The position numbers and the translations under genes were made by a program. A stretch of DNA of 63,690 nucleotides, counting the filler. It is 8 parts of 8 records of this genome, joined end to end, with 100 filler letters (N's around TTAATTAATTAA, not from the genome) between each part and the next. Parts side by side here need not be neighbours in the genome. Positions count along the whole stretch, not along the records: positions 21,490 to 30,625 come from DRR723986_10443; positions 30,726 to 36,837 come from DRR723986_10446; 6 more parts are not named here. One strand, 5' to 3'. Below the pieces are notes generated by a model. It was not told where the DNA came from. It was given only the letters and a program-made list of their open reading frames with translations, and did no database searches. The first letter of the stretch is position 1; each line of letters begins with the position of its first letter. Of the stretch, positions 21,500 to 31,730 are shown piece by piece.

Positions 21500-21970
21500 A
21501 TGCGCTGCCCGTTTTGCGGAAATATCGACACCCAAGTGAAAGACAGCCGTCCGGCAGAAGATCACGTCTCGATCCGAAGACGCCGGTTCTGCCCGGCCTG
21601 CGGCGGGCGATTTACCACCTACGAACGGGTCCAGCTGCGCGATCTGGTTGTGATCAAAACCAGCGGCAAACGCGAAGATTTTGACCGCGACAAGTTGGAA
21701 CGCTCTATCCGCATCTCTATGCAGAAACGCCCGATTGATCCCGAACGCATTGATCAGATGATCAGCGGCATCGTGCGGCGCCTCGAAAGCATGGGCGAAA
21801 CAGACATCGGCTCCAAACAGATCGGCGAAATCGTGATGGAAGCTCTGGCCCGGATCGACACCGTTGCCTACGTGAGATTTGCCAGCGTTTACAAAAACTT
21901 CCAGGCGGCTGATGATTTCGACAAGTTCGTACAGGAACTGCGGCCGGATCACCCTGTAGAAGAAGAGTGA
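21500..21970 (+). CDS. nrdR: Transcriptional repressor NrdR
   Basis: MRCPFC..V.DSR...RRRR.C..C..RFTTYE zinc ribbon, ATP-cone, [10 protein letters not shown]. Confidence 0.98.
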   Translation: MRCPFCGNIDTQVKDSRPAEDHVSIRRRRFCPACGGRFTTYERVQLRDLVVIKTSGKREDFDRDKLERSIRISMQKRPIDPERIDQMISGIVRRLESMGETDIGSKQIGEIVMEALARIDTVAYVRFASVYKNFQAADDFDKFVQELRPDHPVEEE

Positions 21971-23055
21971 GCGACCAAAGATACATGGCGCTGGCGCTGT
22001 CCCTCGGGCGGCGCAGGCAGGGGCGTGTCTGGCCCAATCCGGCGGTCGGCTGTGTCATCGTGGCCCAAGGTCGGATCGTCGGGCGGGGCTGGACCCAACC
22101 GGGCGGGCGGCCCCATGGCGAGGTTGAAGCGTTGGCGCAAGCGGGCGCTGCTGCACGCGGCGCGACGGCCTATGTCACGCTGGAGCCTTGTTCCCATCAC
22201 GGACAAACCCCGCCCTGCGCACAGGCCTTGATCGACGCGGGCGTGGCGCGTGTGGTTGTGGCCACCACCGACAGCGATGCGCGGGTCAATGGGCAAGGCC
22301 TGCAAATGCTGCGCGATGCGGGCATCGAGGTCTCGCTTGGCGTGGGAGAGGCCGAGGCCCGCCGCGATCATGCCGGATTTTTCCGGCGTGTTGAGCTTGG
22401 GCGGCCGCTACTCACCCTGAAGCTGGCCAGTTCCTTTGACGGGCGCATTGCCACCGGCACCGGCGAAAGCCAATGGATCACCGCCCCGCAAGCGCGGCGC
22501 GTGGTGCATGCCATGCGCAGCCGTCATGACGCGGTGCTGATTGGCGGCGGCACCGCCCGCGCCGATGATCCAAGCCTGACAGTGCGCGATCTGGGTGTGG
22601 ATCACCAGCCGGCCCGCATCGTGGTCTCCCGCAGGCTTGATCTGCCGCTTCTGGGGCAATTGGCGCGCACCGCCGCCGATGTTCCGGTGATCCTGTGCCA
22701 CGGTAAAGACGCCGATCCGATGCTGGTGCAAACCTGGCGCGATCTGGGCGCGACCCTGCTGCCTTGTGCGGCGCGGGGGGGGCAGCTTGATCCGGCGGAT
22801 ATCCTGCAACAACTGGGCGCGCATGGGCTGACCCGTGTGTTCTGCGAAGGGGGCAGCGCCTTGGCCGCCTCCTTGCTTGAGGCCGATCTTGTGGATGAAT
22901 TGGTCGGCTTTACCGCCGGTCTGGTGATTGGTGCGGAGGGCTTGCCAGGGGTTGGCGCGATGGGGCTGGAAGCTCTGCGCAACGCACCCCGCTTTGACCT
23001 TCGCGAAACACTGGCCTGCGGTCCTGATATCCTACATGTCTGGACACGCCCCTAG
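21967..23055 (+). CDS. ribD: Bifunctional pyrimidine deaminase/reductase RibD
   Basis: [51 protein letters not shown]. Confidence 0.97.
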   Translation: MSDQRYMALALSLGRRRQGRVWPNPAVGCVIVAQGRIVGRGWTQPGGRPHGEVEALAQAGAAARGATAYVTLEPCSHHGQTPPCAQALIDAGVARVVVATTDSDARVNGQGLQMLRDAGIEVSLGVGEAEARRDHAGFFRRVELGRPLLTLKLASSFDGRIATGTGESQWITAPQARRVVHAMRSRHDAVLIGGGTARADDPSLTVRDLGVDHQPARIVVSRRLDLPLLGQLARTAADVPVILCHGKDADPMLVQTWRDLGATLLPCAARGGQLDPADILQQLGAHGLTRVFCEGGSALAASLLEADLVDELVGFTAGLVIGAEGLPGVGAMGLEALRNAPRFDLRETLACGPDILHVWTRP

Positions 23056-23057
23056 GA

Positions 23058-25094
23058 TCAGCGGCCCCGCCACAAATTTGCGCGACTGGCCATAAGTCCC
23101 TGTAGTTTCGACAAAATCCGAAGGCCCAACCCCGGCGCGGACACGTCGCCCGAGATCAGGCGATCCACGATCACTTCGACCGGGCAGGGCAGGCCGGTTT
23201 GCGGATCAAAATAGCGCGGATAGTCGATCAGGACAGCATGGACGAGCCCCTCAAGCGGGACATCGACCCGCCGACGCGGCGGCACATCGCCGCGATCATC
23301 GCTGAGCCCCCAACCGGCATAGAAAGGCGCGCCAAAAGTTACCACAGGCACCCCGCGCAGCAGCGCTTCGAACCCCAAAAGCGAGGTCATGGTCCAAACC
23401 TCGTCCACTTGGCCCAGCAGATCTGCCGGATCGGCACCGGATGCGATGTGATCGGCAAGATCGGCGGCGTCAATCGCGCCATCGCGCAGGCCCGCCTCAA
23501 CATCTGGATGCGGTTTGTAGATCAAATAGGCATCCGGGTTGGCTGCACGGGCGGCTTGCAACAGCGCCAGATTATCGCCCACGTCCTGCGTGCCCAACCG
23601 GACAGAGGCGTCATCGGCCACCTGACCGGGCACCAAAATACGCTTCTGAACCGGTGCATCGCCCAATTGGTTTGCCGCACCGATATTATATTTGCTCAGC
23701 CCGGCCTTGCTTAGCGCGGTGATCAAAGCGCGGGCGCGGGCGGTTTGATTGGGCCGCATCTGCGCCCGCGTTTCGATCCATTTTTCCAAACGGCTGGGGC
23801 GGGAGGGGTCATAGTATATCCCCAGATCGTCACAAACCAACGACAGCGGCGGCACCAGCGCCGCGCCAAGCCCCTTGGACCGCAAAAACCCGTCTTCGAC
23901 CCGTACCGCATCTTCATGGCCGGCCCCCGCAAGGCCAGACCACACCATCCAGGGGCGCCCCGTGTTGCGGGCCTCTGCGGGATCATCTTTGAATATCAGG
24001 GGCTTGAACAGCCCAAAGATCTTGTTCAGCGGGCCGCGTTTCCACATCCGCATACCCGAGGCGACCCAGCCGCGATGATCCTCGCGCCATGCACGGGCCT
24101 GCGCGGCCTGCGCTTCGATCGCGGTTTCCAGCTCGCAAAGCTGATCGCGGTGGGGGTCATACCATTTGGGATAGAGGATCATCGCGGCGGCAAACAATTG
24201 CGCCCGCGTCAGGGTCCGCTGGCGGCGCTGCACGGGAAATTCGTCCGTGGTCAGGCCCCAACCGGCATAGAACGGCTTGCCAAACACCCGCGGTTTATGT
24301 CCCGCAAAGATCGCTTCAAAGCCAAGCTGCGATGACACGGTGTAGACCCCGACTGCCCCGTCAAACAGCGCCCAAGGGCTGACCGGATCAGAAAGCAGAG
24401 AGATTTTGTTGTTGACGTCTTTGTCGGTGAAATATCCCGCGCGATGGCCCTTGGCGGTCTCGGGATGCGTCTTGATAATGACCTTGGCACCGGGGTGTTC
24501 CTCTTGGGCAAATACCAGCATCTCAAGGAAACGGCCGCGATCGGCCTCGGAGGCGGTGACGGAGGCATCGCCCCGTGTCTGGTCAATCACCAGCACATAG
24601 CCGGGCGGCGGGACAGGGGCGGCGGGATCAAACCCGCTATATTTGGTCAGTTGCGCCTCGGCCATCCGCGCCATTGCACCGCGCGCACGGTTCAAGAGCG
24701 CGGTGTCATCCAGCGGATGTTCGGCCAGCAGGATCTCAAGGTCCGATGGCTGAGCGGGGTCAAAATGTGCGCCGCGATGATCCACCAATAGGCCAAGCGG
24801 CGGCTCTCCATCCCGTCCCGGATGCAAAGAGCGCAGCCATGCGTCCTCGACCCGCACAACGGGTGCGTCATGTTTCGCGGCCACGGCAAGCCCGCGATGG
24901 GCCGTCGGTGAATGGCCCCAGACCGCAACGGCGTCACCTTCCTTGGGCAGCCCCAGATGCAGGGAATAACCGGCAAGCTGCAAAATGCGACGGATGCGGC
25001 GCTGGATCAAAAACCCGCCGTTATAGACAAAAAGCCGCCGGTCCTTGTCGGGACCGGCGGCGGGTGTGTCATATATCTCAGGCCCGAGAGCCAT
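23058..25094 (-). CDS. kpsC: Capsular polysaccharide biosynthesis protein, KpsC/LipA-like (two GT107-type domains)
   Basis: Duplicated motif sets: VEDAWLRS / VEDGFLRS, KTHP / KPHP, TVSSQLGFEA / TMTSLLGFEA, PFYAGWGL twice. Confidence 0.88.
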   Translation of the reverse strand: MALGPEIYDTPAAGPDKDRRLFVYNGGFLIQRRIRRILQLAGYSLHLGLPKEGDAVAVWGHSPTAHRGLAVAAKHDAPVVRVEDAWLRSLHPGRDGEPPLGLLVDHRGAHFDPAQPSDLEILLAEHPLDDTALLNRARGAMARMAEAQLTKYSGFDPAAPVPPPGYVLVIDQTRGDASVTASEADRGRFLEMLVFAQEEHPGAKVIIKTHPETAKGHRAGYFTDKDVNNKISLLSDPVSPWALFDGAVGVYTVSSQLGFEAIFAGHKPRVFGKPFYAGWGLTTDEFPVQRRQRTLTRAQLFAAAMILYPKWYDPHRDQLCELETAIEAQAAQARAWREDHRGWVASGMRMWKRGPLNKIFGLFKPLIFKDDPAEARNTGRPWMVWSGLAGAGHEDAVRVEDGFLRSKGLGAALVPPLSLVCDDLGIYYDPSRPSRLEKWIETRAQMRPNQTARARALITALSKAGLSKYNIGAANQLGDAPVQKRILVPGQVADDASVRLGTQDVGDNLALLQAARAANPDAYLIYKPHPDVEAGLRDGAIDAADLADHIASGADPADLLGQVDEVWTMTSLLGFEALLRGVPVVTFGAPFYAGWGLSDDRGDVPPRRRVDVPLEGLVHAVLIDYPRYFDPQTGLPCPVEVIVDRLISGDVSAPGLGLRILSKLQGLMASRANLWRGR

Positions 25095-25103
25095 GATCAG
25101 GGG

Positions 25104-26237
25104 TTATTCGCCGGTCAGCGATGTCAGGCTCGCCGCAGATCCGGCAGTGCCCGTGATGGCCGAGATGACCTTGCTCCACTGGGTAAATGGTGCCTCTGTC
25201 ACATAAAGCGTGTCGCCGTCCCGCACGACAAAATCACGGGCCATGAACATGCCGTTGGGTTTGGTCAGGTCCAGAACATAGACCATCCGTTGTGCGCCCT
25301 GAAAATCATTGCGGCCCAACACTTGCCCGGCAATTTCCGCCGGTTCGTTGCGGAAAATAAAGACGCCGGTCGGGTCCGCCGAAGAGGCGCTCAGCCCGCC
25401 CACTTGCGCGATGCCTTCGAGTGCCGACAGGTTCTGCGATTCAAATGGCACCTGCGCCTGGCTGCCGGTGGCGCCCAATGCGGTGAAAGACCGTGTGTCT
25501 TCTTCGACGAGGATGCGGTCCCCGGCGCGCAATGCGATGTCCAGTTCGGGGTGGTCATAGAGATCTTGCAACCAGATCTTGCCGCGCATCTTGCCGCGGA
25601 TCACGGTGATCTGGGCAATCTCGGGTTCAATCGAAACACCGCCTGCGCGCGCCATCATAGTGCCCAAGGTGCGCGTTGGCCGCTCAATGGCATAGACGCC
25701 CTGCGCCCCAACCGCGCCAATCAGCGAAACGGTCGAACCGTCACCCGCAGCACGGCGGACTTCGACCTGTGGGTCAGGGGTCTGTTCGCCCAGTTTGGTG
25801 GTGATGATGCGGCGAATGGCGTCTGGCGTGTTGCCTGCTGCCTTGATCCGGCCCGCATAGGGAATAAAGATAAAGCCCGCGCCATCAACTTGCACTTCTT
25901 CGAGCAGGGTCGCGGGGGAGCCTTCGACGCCCAACAGCGGATCATCGACGTTTTCGTAAACCGTAATGCCAAGCACATCGCCGGGGCGGATCGTGTCAGA
26001 CCCAAGCGGAGCAGCGCGTTTGAATTCCTCGGAGAACCCCAAAGCAGGGGTCAAAGCGGTGGCGCGCGTGACGCGGTCATTGACGGAGACAACAAAGGCG
26101 TCGCCTTCTTTTTGCACGGACCCTGCGAAAATCTGGCGTTTGTTGGGGCCGACCTGCGGCAAACCACAAGACGAAACAACGGCCAACGCCGCGATTGCTG
26201 CGATGGGGCGCGCCCACCGGAAAGATACGGATTTCAC
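25104..26237 (-). CDS. Polysaccharide export outer-membrane lipoprotein (Wza/KpsD/BexD family)
   Basis: Lipobox VSSC, IRPGDVLGITVYE, VDGAGFIFIPYAGRIKAAG.T, SLBB repeats. Confidence 0.92.
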   Translation of the reverse strand: MKSVSFRWARPIAAIAALAVVSSCGLPQVGPNKRQIFAGSVQKEGDAFVVSVNDRVTRATALTPALGFSEEFKRAAPLGSDTIRPGDVLGITVYENVDDPLLGVEGSPATLLEEVQVDGAGFIFIPYAGRIKAAGNTPDAIRRIITTKLGEQTPDPQVEVRRAAGDGSTVSLIGAVGAQGVYAIERPTRTLGTMMARAGGVSIEPEIAQITVIRGKMRGKIWLQDLYDHPELDIALRAGDRILVEEDTRSFTALGATGSQAQVPFESQNLSALEGIAQVGGLSASSADPTGVFIFRNEPAEIAGQVLGRNDFQGAQRMVYVLDLTKPNGMFMARDFVVRDGDTLYVTEAPFTQWSKVISAITGTAGSAASLTSLTGE

Positions 26238-26352
26238 TGCCCGGTCTCCTCGACCTATTCAATTCTGCCTCAGTATTCGCCGGTTTTTTGGCGTAATTGC
26301 GGCCAAGTTAACGCAGTTACCTGTAAAAATCTAGCATGCAGAGGTGCTTGGC

Positions 26353-27645
26353 TCAGGTGACGAGGCGCAACTGTTGCCTTGGGGCCGCGGTCCCCTGATC
26401 AAAGGCCTGATAGGGATCATCACCGGCCAGCATCATATCCACCACCAGACGCAGCAATTGTCGCCGCCCATTGGAAGAGTAATACCCGCCGGGAATTTGT
26501 GAAGTTTCAAGCAGATAGCGCCGGTAGTCCTTGTAGGCGCGGCTGTCAGGGCGGCTGGGTGCTGCGAAAAATTCGGGCAAGGGTTGGTCAGAGACAAATT
26601 CCGACTTTCCATAAACAGCATCACCAAACACCTTCAGCGGAATGCCGCGCCAAAGCGCCTGCTGTCCCGCAGTAGAGTTCACCGTGACAGCGGTGCGGGC
26701 ATCGTCAAGCAGGCGGGCCAGCTTGCCGCCACGCACAAAATGCACCCGGTCTGCGACCCCTGCCGCACGGGCCAGCCGCTTGATATCGCGCCGCACCGGC
26801 ACGCGGCCATCCTCAAGCGGATGGGCCTTGAACACAAGGTGATGATGGGTCGGCGCACCCTTGGCAAAACCGTCAATCACCAGTTTCAGAAACTCCGTCA
26901 TCGTGCCGAAGGGAGAATGCATCTGGAAGGAGCTGTCATGTTCCAGCTGCAGCAGAACCAGATGGTAAGGGAACCCGCCATTGCGCACCCGCAAGGTGGC
27001 CAGAAACCGCTGTACCCAGATCACCGGCATCAGCAGCAACCGTTTGAGGTAGAGCTGGAATTCCTTGGCCACAGGCAGGCTGCGATGGGGCCGGAAGTGC
27101 CGGTATTTGCGGTTCGCGAACATCACAAACCAATGATAGGCGGCGCCGTAGAAAATATGTTGGCGCATGTCGCCCCAATGGCCGGGGGGCAGGGGCGCCT
27201 CCATGTCGGATTGGGCCATCGCGCTGCGCATCTGGTCGATGCTCATGCCCATCAGATGCGAGTTGCCGTTGCTTCCGCCACGCTCATACGTCACCCAATA
27301 GGGCCGCATATAGCCTTCCTCAAAGACATGCACCGCAATGCCCGCCACCTTTGCCGCCGCAACGGCGGAGGCATGGATCGGGCGGGTATCGCCATAGAGC
27401 ACGATGTCGGTCACAGATTTCTCGACCATCAGATTTGATAGGAAAGCATCCCAATCATCACTGGGCGCGGAAAACGGGATGTAACTGGGTTTATGCCCCC
27501 AAAACGCCTGATCACCCGCATTGAACCCGACACGCCAGACCTCGGCCCCGGCAAAGCGCAGCATGCGGCCAAGCCTGTCAAAGAACGGCCCATGCGGCCC
27601 CTGAAGGAACAAAAAGACCCGGTTTTGCCTGTCGTCTGGGGACAT
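26353..27645 (-). CDS. kpsS: Capsule biosynthesis protein, KpsS/LipB-like
   Basis: FLFLQGPHGPFF, VFEEGYMRPYWVTYE..G.NG.S, LQLEHDS, KAHP, VTVNSTAG. Confidence 0.88.
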   Translation of the reverse strand: MSPDDRQNRVFLFLQGPHGPFFDRLGRMLRFAGAEVWRVGFNAGDQAFWGHKPSYIPFSAPSDDWDAFLSNLMVEKSVTDIVLYGDTRPIHASAVAAAKVAGIAVHVFEEGYMRPYWVTYERGGSNGNSHLMGMSIDQMRSAMAQSDMEAPLPPGHWGDMRQHIFYGAAYHWFVMFANRKYRHFRPHRSLPVAKEFQLYLKRLLLMPVIWVQRFLATLRVRNGGFPYHLVLLQLEHDSSFQMHSPFGTMTEFLKLVIDGFAKGAPTHHHLVFKAHPLEDGRVPVRRDIKRLARAAGVADRVHFVRGGKLARLLDDARTAVTVNSTAGQQALWRGIPLKVFGDAVYGKSEFVSDQPLPEFFAAPSRPDSRAYKDYRRYLLETSQIPGGYYSSNGRRQLLRLVVDMMLAGDDPYQAFDQGTAAPRQQLRLVT

Positions 27646-27783
27646 TCTGCCCTTTCTTCTGCGCGTGCCATATTTTTAATCAGGATACGGCCCCTGCCGC
27701 AACAACACTGTGCTTTCGCTTGCCTGTACCACAGGTGAAGGTTACGGAAAGTTAACGACGATTGCGAAAAAGAGGAAAACCCA

Positions 27784-28377
27784 ATGTTCACCGGGATTAT
27801 CACCGACGTAGGCGAAGTTGTCGCGCTGGAGCAGGAAGGCGACCTGCGGGCGCGGATCAAAACCGGCTATGACACCTCTGGCATTGATATGGGCGCCTCG
27901 ATCGCCAGCGATGGGGTCTGCCTGACAGTGGTGGACCTTGGCCCGGATTGGTACGAAGTGCAGATCAGCGCCGAAACGGTCGAGAAAACCAACATCGGCG
28001 GCAATGGATGGCACAAAGGCAAGCGGCTGAACCTTGAGCGGGCCTTGAAAGTCGGCGACGAGTTGGGCGGGCATATCGTGTCGGGCCATGTGGACGGCGT
28101 GGCCGAAGTGGTCGCGATGCAGGACGAGGGCGACAGCACCCGCGCGACCCTGCGTGCGCCTGCCGATCTGGCCCGGTTCATCGCGCCGAAAGGATCAGTT
28201 GCGCTGAACGGGACATCCCTGACCGTGAACGCGGTCGATGGTTGCGATTTTGGCATCAACTTCATTCCCCACACCAAGGAGGTCACCACATGGGGTGATG
28301 TCAAAGTGGGCGATCAGATCAATCTTGAGATCGACACGCTGGCCCGCTACGTTGCGCGTCTGGCTGAAATGTCGTGA
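27784..28377 (+). CDS. ribE: Riboflavin synthase (alpha chain)
   Basis: MFTGII start, DGVCLTV, NLERAL..GDELGGHIVSGHVDG, KGSVALNGTSLTVN. Confidence 0.97.
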   Translation: MFTGIITDVGEVVALEQEGDLRARIKTGYDTSGIDMGASIASDGVCLTVVDLGPDWYEVQISAETVEKTNIGGNGWHKGKRLNLERALKVGDELGGHIVSGHVDGVAEVVAMQDEGDSTRATLRAPADLARFIAPKGSVALNGTSLTVNAVDGCDFGINFIPHTKEVTTWGDVKVGDQINLEIDTLARYVARLAEMS

Positions 28378-28949
28378 CGCCGGGCATCGGGCATAATCAG
28401 GGGCCAAGCATGGAGCGCGGCCAGACCTTTCGCGCCTTCCAGTGGAAAAAGGCCCGCGAGGCCGCGATGCCCAAAACCATGCCATTGATGGTGGTGCGGA
28501 TGCATGTGCGCCGCGCCCATGCGCTGGGTCTGGATTACCCCACCTATGCCTCAATCCGCAAAGCCAGCGGGCGTGACATCATGGGATTGCTGTTTTCCTC
28601 CAACGCGCTGCGCGTGGTTAAGACATCAGAGCCGCAGATGCCCTTGCCACGCAGTGCGGCTGTATCGGCCATCGAAGGCGCACAAAAACTGGCGCTGGTG
28701 CATCGGCCATTGCATGCGGGGCAGGTGGCACGGGCCAATCCGATGCTGGATCATGTGGACGCGGCACCAAAGTTCACCGACAGTTGGTCCGATATGCGCG
28801 ATCATCTGGGCCGGGTGATTGCGGATCGCAAGCTCGTTTCGGATCAGGTGCTGATCATCGGCGACACCGCGCTGGAGCGTGATTGGAGCGCCGCCGCCCG
28901 CGCCGCCGGATATCTCGATGCCGCGCGGTATTTCGGCGCTGGCGCCTGA
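28374..28949 (+). CDS. Hypothetical protein with possible degenerate HAD-like fold
   Basis: GTG start overlaps the ribE stop (GTGA); GIGHNQGP N-terminus; C-terminal QVLIIGDT resembles HAD motif IV. Confidence 0.75.
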   Translation: MTPGIGHNQGPSMERGQTFRAFQWKKAREAAMPKTMPLMVVRMHVRRAHALGLDYPTYASIRKASGRDIMGLLFSSNALRVVKTSEPQMPLPRSAAVSAIEGAQKLALVHRPLHAGQVARANPMLDHVDAAPKFTDSWSDMRDHLGRVIADRKLVSDQVLIIGDTALERDWSAAARAAGYLDAARYFGAGA

Positions 28950-29060
28950 GGGCAGAACCGCTCTATTTTGTTGGGCTTTGACCGCAGTGATGCTGCGGCA
29001 CCTCTGGCCATCGCCGGGCGCTTGAGCTATGTGCGGGCGAGAACGGCGATAGGATATGTC

Positions 29061-30185
29061 ATGAATTTTGAAACACCCGGACCGGTCGAAGAAGGGCTGG
29101 CAAGCGCCATTGCCCCAATCGAAGAGATCATCGCAGAGGCCCGCGCAGGCCGGATGTTTATTCTGGTCGATCACGAGGACCGCGAAAACGAGGGCGATCT
29201 GGTGATCCCGGCGCAGTTTGCGGACGCGGATGCGATCAACTTCATGGCCACCCATGGGCGCGGCCTGATCTGCCTGCCGATGACCACGGCGCGGATTGAA
29301 ACGCTGGAACTGCCGATGATGGCGGTCAACAATTCCTCCCGTCACGAGACCGCCTTTACCGTCAGCATTGAGGCCCGCGAAGGGGTCAGCACCGGCATTT
29401 CCGCTGGCGACCGCGCCCTGACCGTGGCCACGGCCATCAATGAAGACCTTGGCGCGGCGGACATCGCCACCCCCGGCCATGTCTTTCCTCTGCGCGCCCG
29501 CGATGGCGGCGTTTTGGTCCGTGCTGGCCACACAGAGGCCGCTGTGGACATCAGCCGCCTTGCCGGATTGCACCCCTCAGGCGTGATCTGCGAAATCATG
29601 AAGGAAGACGGCACCATGGCCCGCCTGCCGGATCTGGTGAAATTTGGCGCAGAGCATGGCCTCAAGATCGGCACGATCAGCGATCTGATCGCCTACCGCC
29701 ACAAGCATGACAATCTGCTGGTGGAACGTGACCGCCGCACTGTGACCTCTGCCTATGGTGGGGAATGGGATATGCGGATTGTCGCGGACGAGATCACCGG
29801 CACCGACCACGTTGTCCTGACCAAAGGTGACATCAGCACCGATGCGCCTGTGCTGGTGCGGACCCATGCGATCAATGCACTCGAAGATATCCTCGGACTG
29901 GGGCCCAGCCCGGCGGACGAGCTGCCCCGCGCCATGCAGATCATCGCGGACGAAGGCCGAGGTGCAGTGATCCTGTTCCGCGATCCATTCCCGCGCCTGC
30001 GACTGGACGACGACGAAGAAGACGCGCCGCGCACCGTCAAACGCACAGGTTTGGGCGCACAGATCCTTTCTTCCATGGGGCTGCATCAGCTGATCTTGCT
30101 GACCGACAATCCCGAAACCCGTTATCTGGGCCTTGATGCCTATCACATCGAAATCGTGGGCACCCGGCCCATCACGGCGGAGTAA
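29061..30185 (+). CDS. ribB: DHBP synthase fused to a degenerate GTP cyclohydrolase II-like domain (RibBX type)
   Basis: DHEDRENEGDL, AFTVSIEA, TGISAGDR, PGHVFPL, RAGHTEA, VICEI; the C-terminal RibA-like domain lacks the Cys zinc ligands. Confidence 0.95.
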   Translation: MNFETPGPVEEGLASAIAPIEEIIAEARAGRMFILVDHEDRENEGDLVIPAQFADADAINFMATHGRGLICLPMTTARIETLELPMMAVNNSSRHETAFTVSIEAREGVSTGISAGDRALTVATAINEDLGAADIATPGHVFPLRARDGGVLVRAGHTEAAVDISRLAGLHPSGVICEIMKEDGTMARLPDLVKFGAEHGLKIGTISDLIAYRHKHDNLLVERDRRTVTSAYGGEWDMRIVADEITGTDHVVLTKGDISTDAPVLVRTHAINALEDILGLGPSPADELPRAMQIIADEGRGAVILFRDPFPRLRLDDDEEDAPRTVKRTGLGAQILSSMGLHQLILLTDNPETRYLGLDAYHIEIVGTRPITAE

Positions 30186-30190
30186 AACCC

Positions 30191-30625
30191 ATGGCAGCAT
30201 CCGAAGATCACACCGTTCTGGACCGACCCAGCTTTGACAAACCGCTGAAGGTTCTGATCGTCGTCTCGCCCTATTACAGCGACATCGCCGGCGGTCTGTT
30301 GACCGGCGCCAAAGCCGAGCTTGAGGCGGCAGGCGCCAGTTACGAGGTGGTCGAAATGCCCGGCGCGCTGGAAATCCCCACCGCCATCGGCATCTCGGAC
30401 CGGCGCAGCAACTTTGACGGCTATGTCGCGTTGGGCTGTGTGATCCGGGGGGAGACCACGCATTATGAAACCGTCTGCAACGACAGCTCTCGGGCGCTGC
30501 AATTGCTGGGCCTTCAGGGGCTATGCATTGGCAATGGTATCCTGACAGTGGAAAACCGCAGCCAAGCCGAGGTGCGTGCCGATCCGGGCGGGCAAAACAA
30601 GGGCGGCGGTGCGGCGGCAGCGGCC
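30191..30625 (+). CDS. ribH: 6,7-dimethyl-8-ribityllumazine synthase (truncated by contig end)
   Basis: PGALEIP, LGCVIRGETTHY, NGILT, NKG. Confidence 0.96.
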
Positions 30626-30725
30626 NNNNNNNNNNNNNNNNNNNNNNNNNNNNNNNNNNNNNNNNNNNNTTAATTAATTAANNNNNNNNNNNNNNNNNNN
30701 NNNNNNNNNNNNNNNNNNNNNNNNN
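30626..30725. other. Artificial contig spacer
   Basis: 44N-TTAATTAATTAA-44N. Confidence 0.99.
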
Positions 30726-31667
<942 letters not shown>

Positions 31668-31684
31668 GGCCCTGGCAAACAAAT

Positions 31685-31714
31685 AAAAAAAGCGGCGCTC
31701 TGCGCCGCTTTTTT
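31685..31714. terminator. Bidirectional Rho-independent terminator between gyrB and the GGDEF-EAL gene
   Basis: A7-GCGGCGC-tct-GCGCCGC-T6 between convergent genes. Confidence 0.9.
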
Positions 31715-31730
31715 ACGTTTCAGGTTTCGC

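Noticed and set aside
24912-26360. 482-aa plus-strand ORF
   Set aside because: Antisense to the wza-like gene and kpsC start in GC-rich DNA; no recognisable domain.
27741-27756. CtrA-like TTAC-N6-TTAAC between kpsS and ribE
   Set aside because: Spacing is 6 rather than 7 and one half-site is mismatched; too weak to call.
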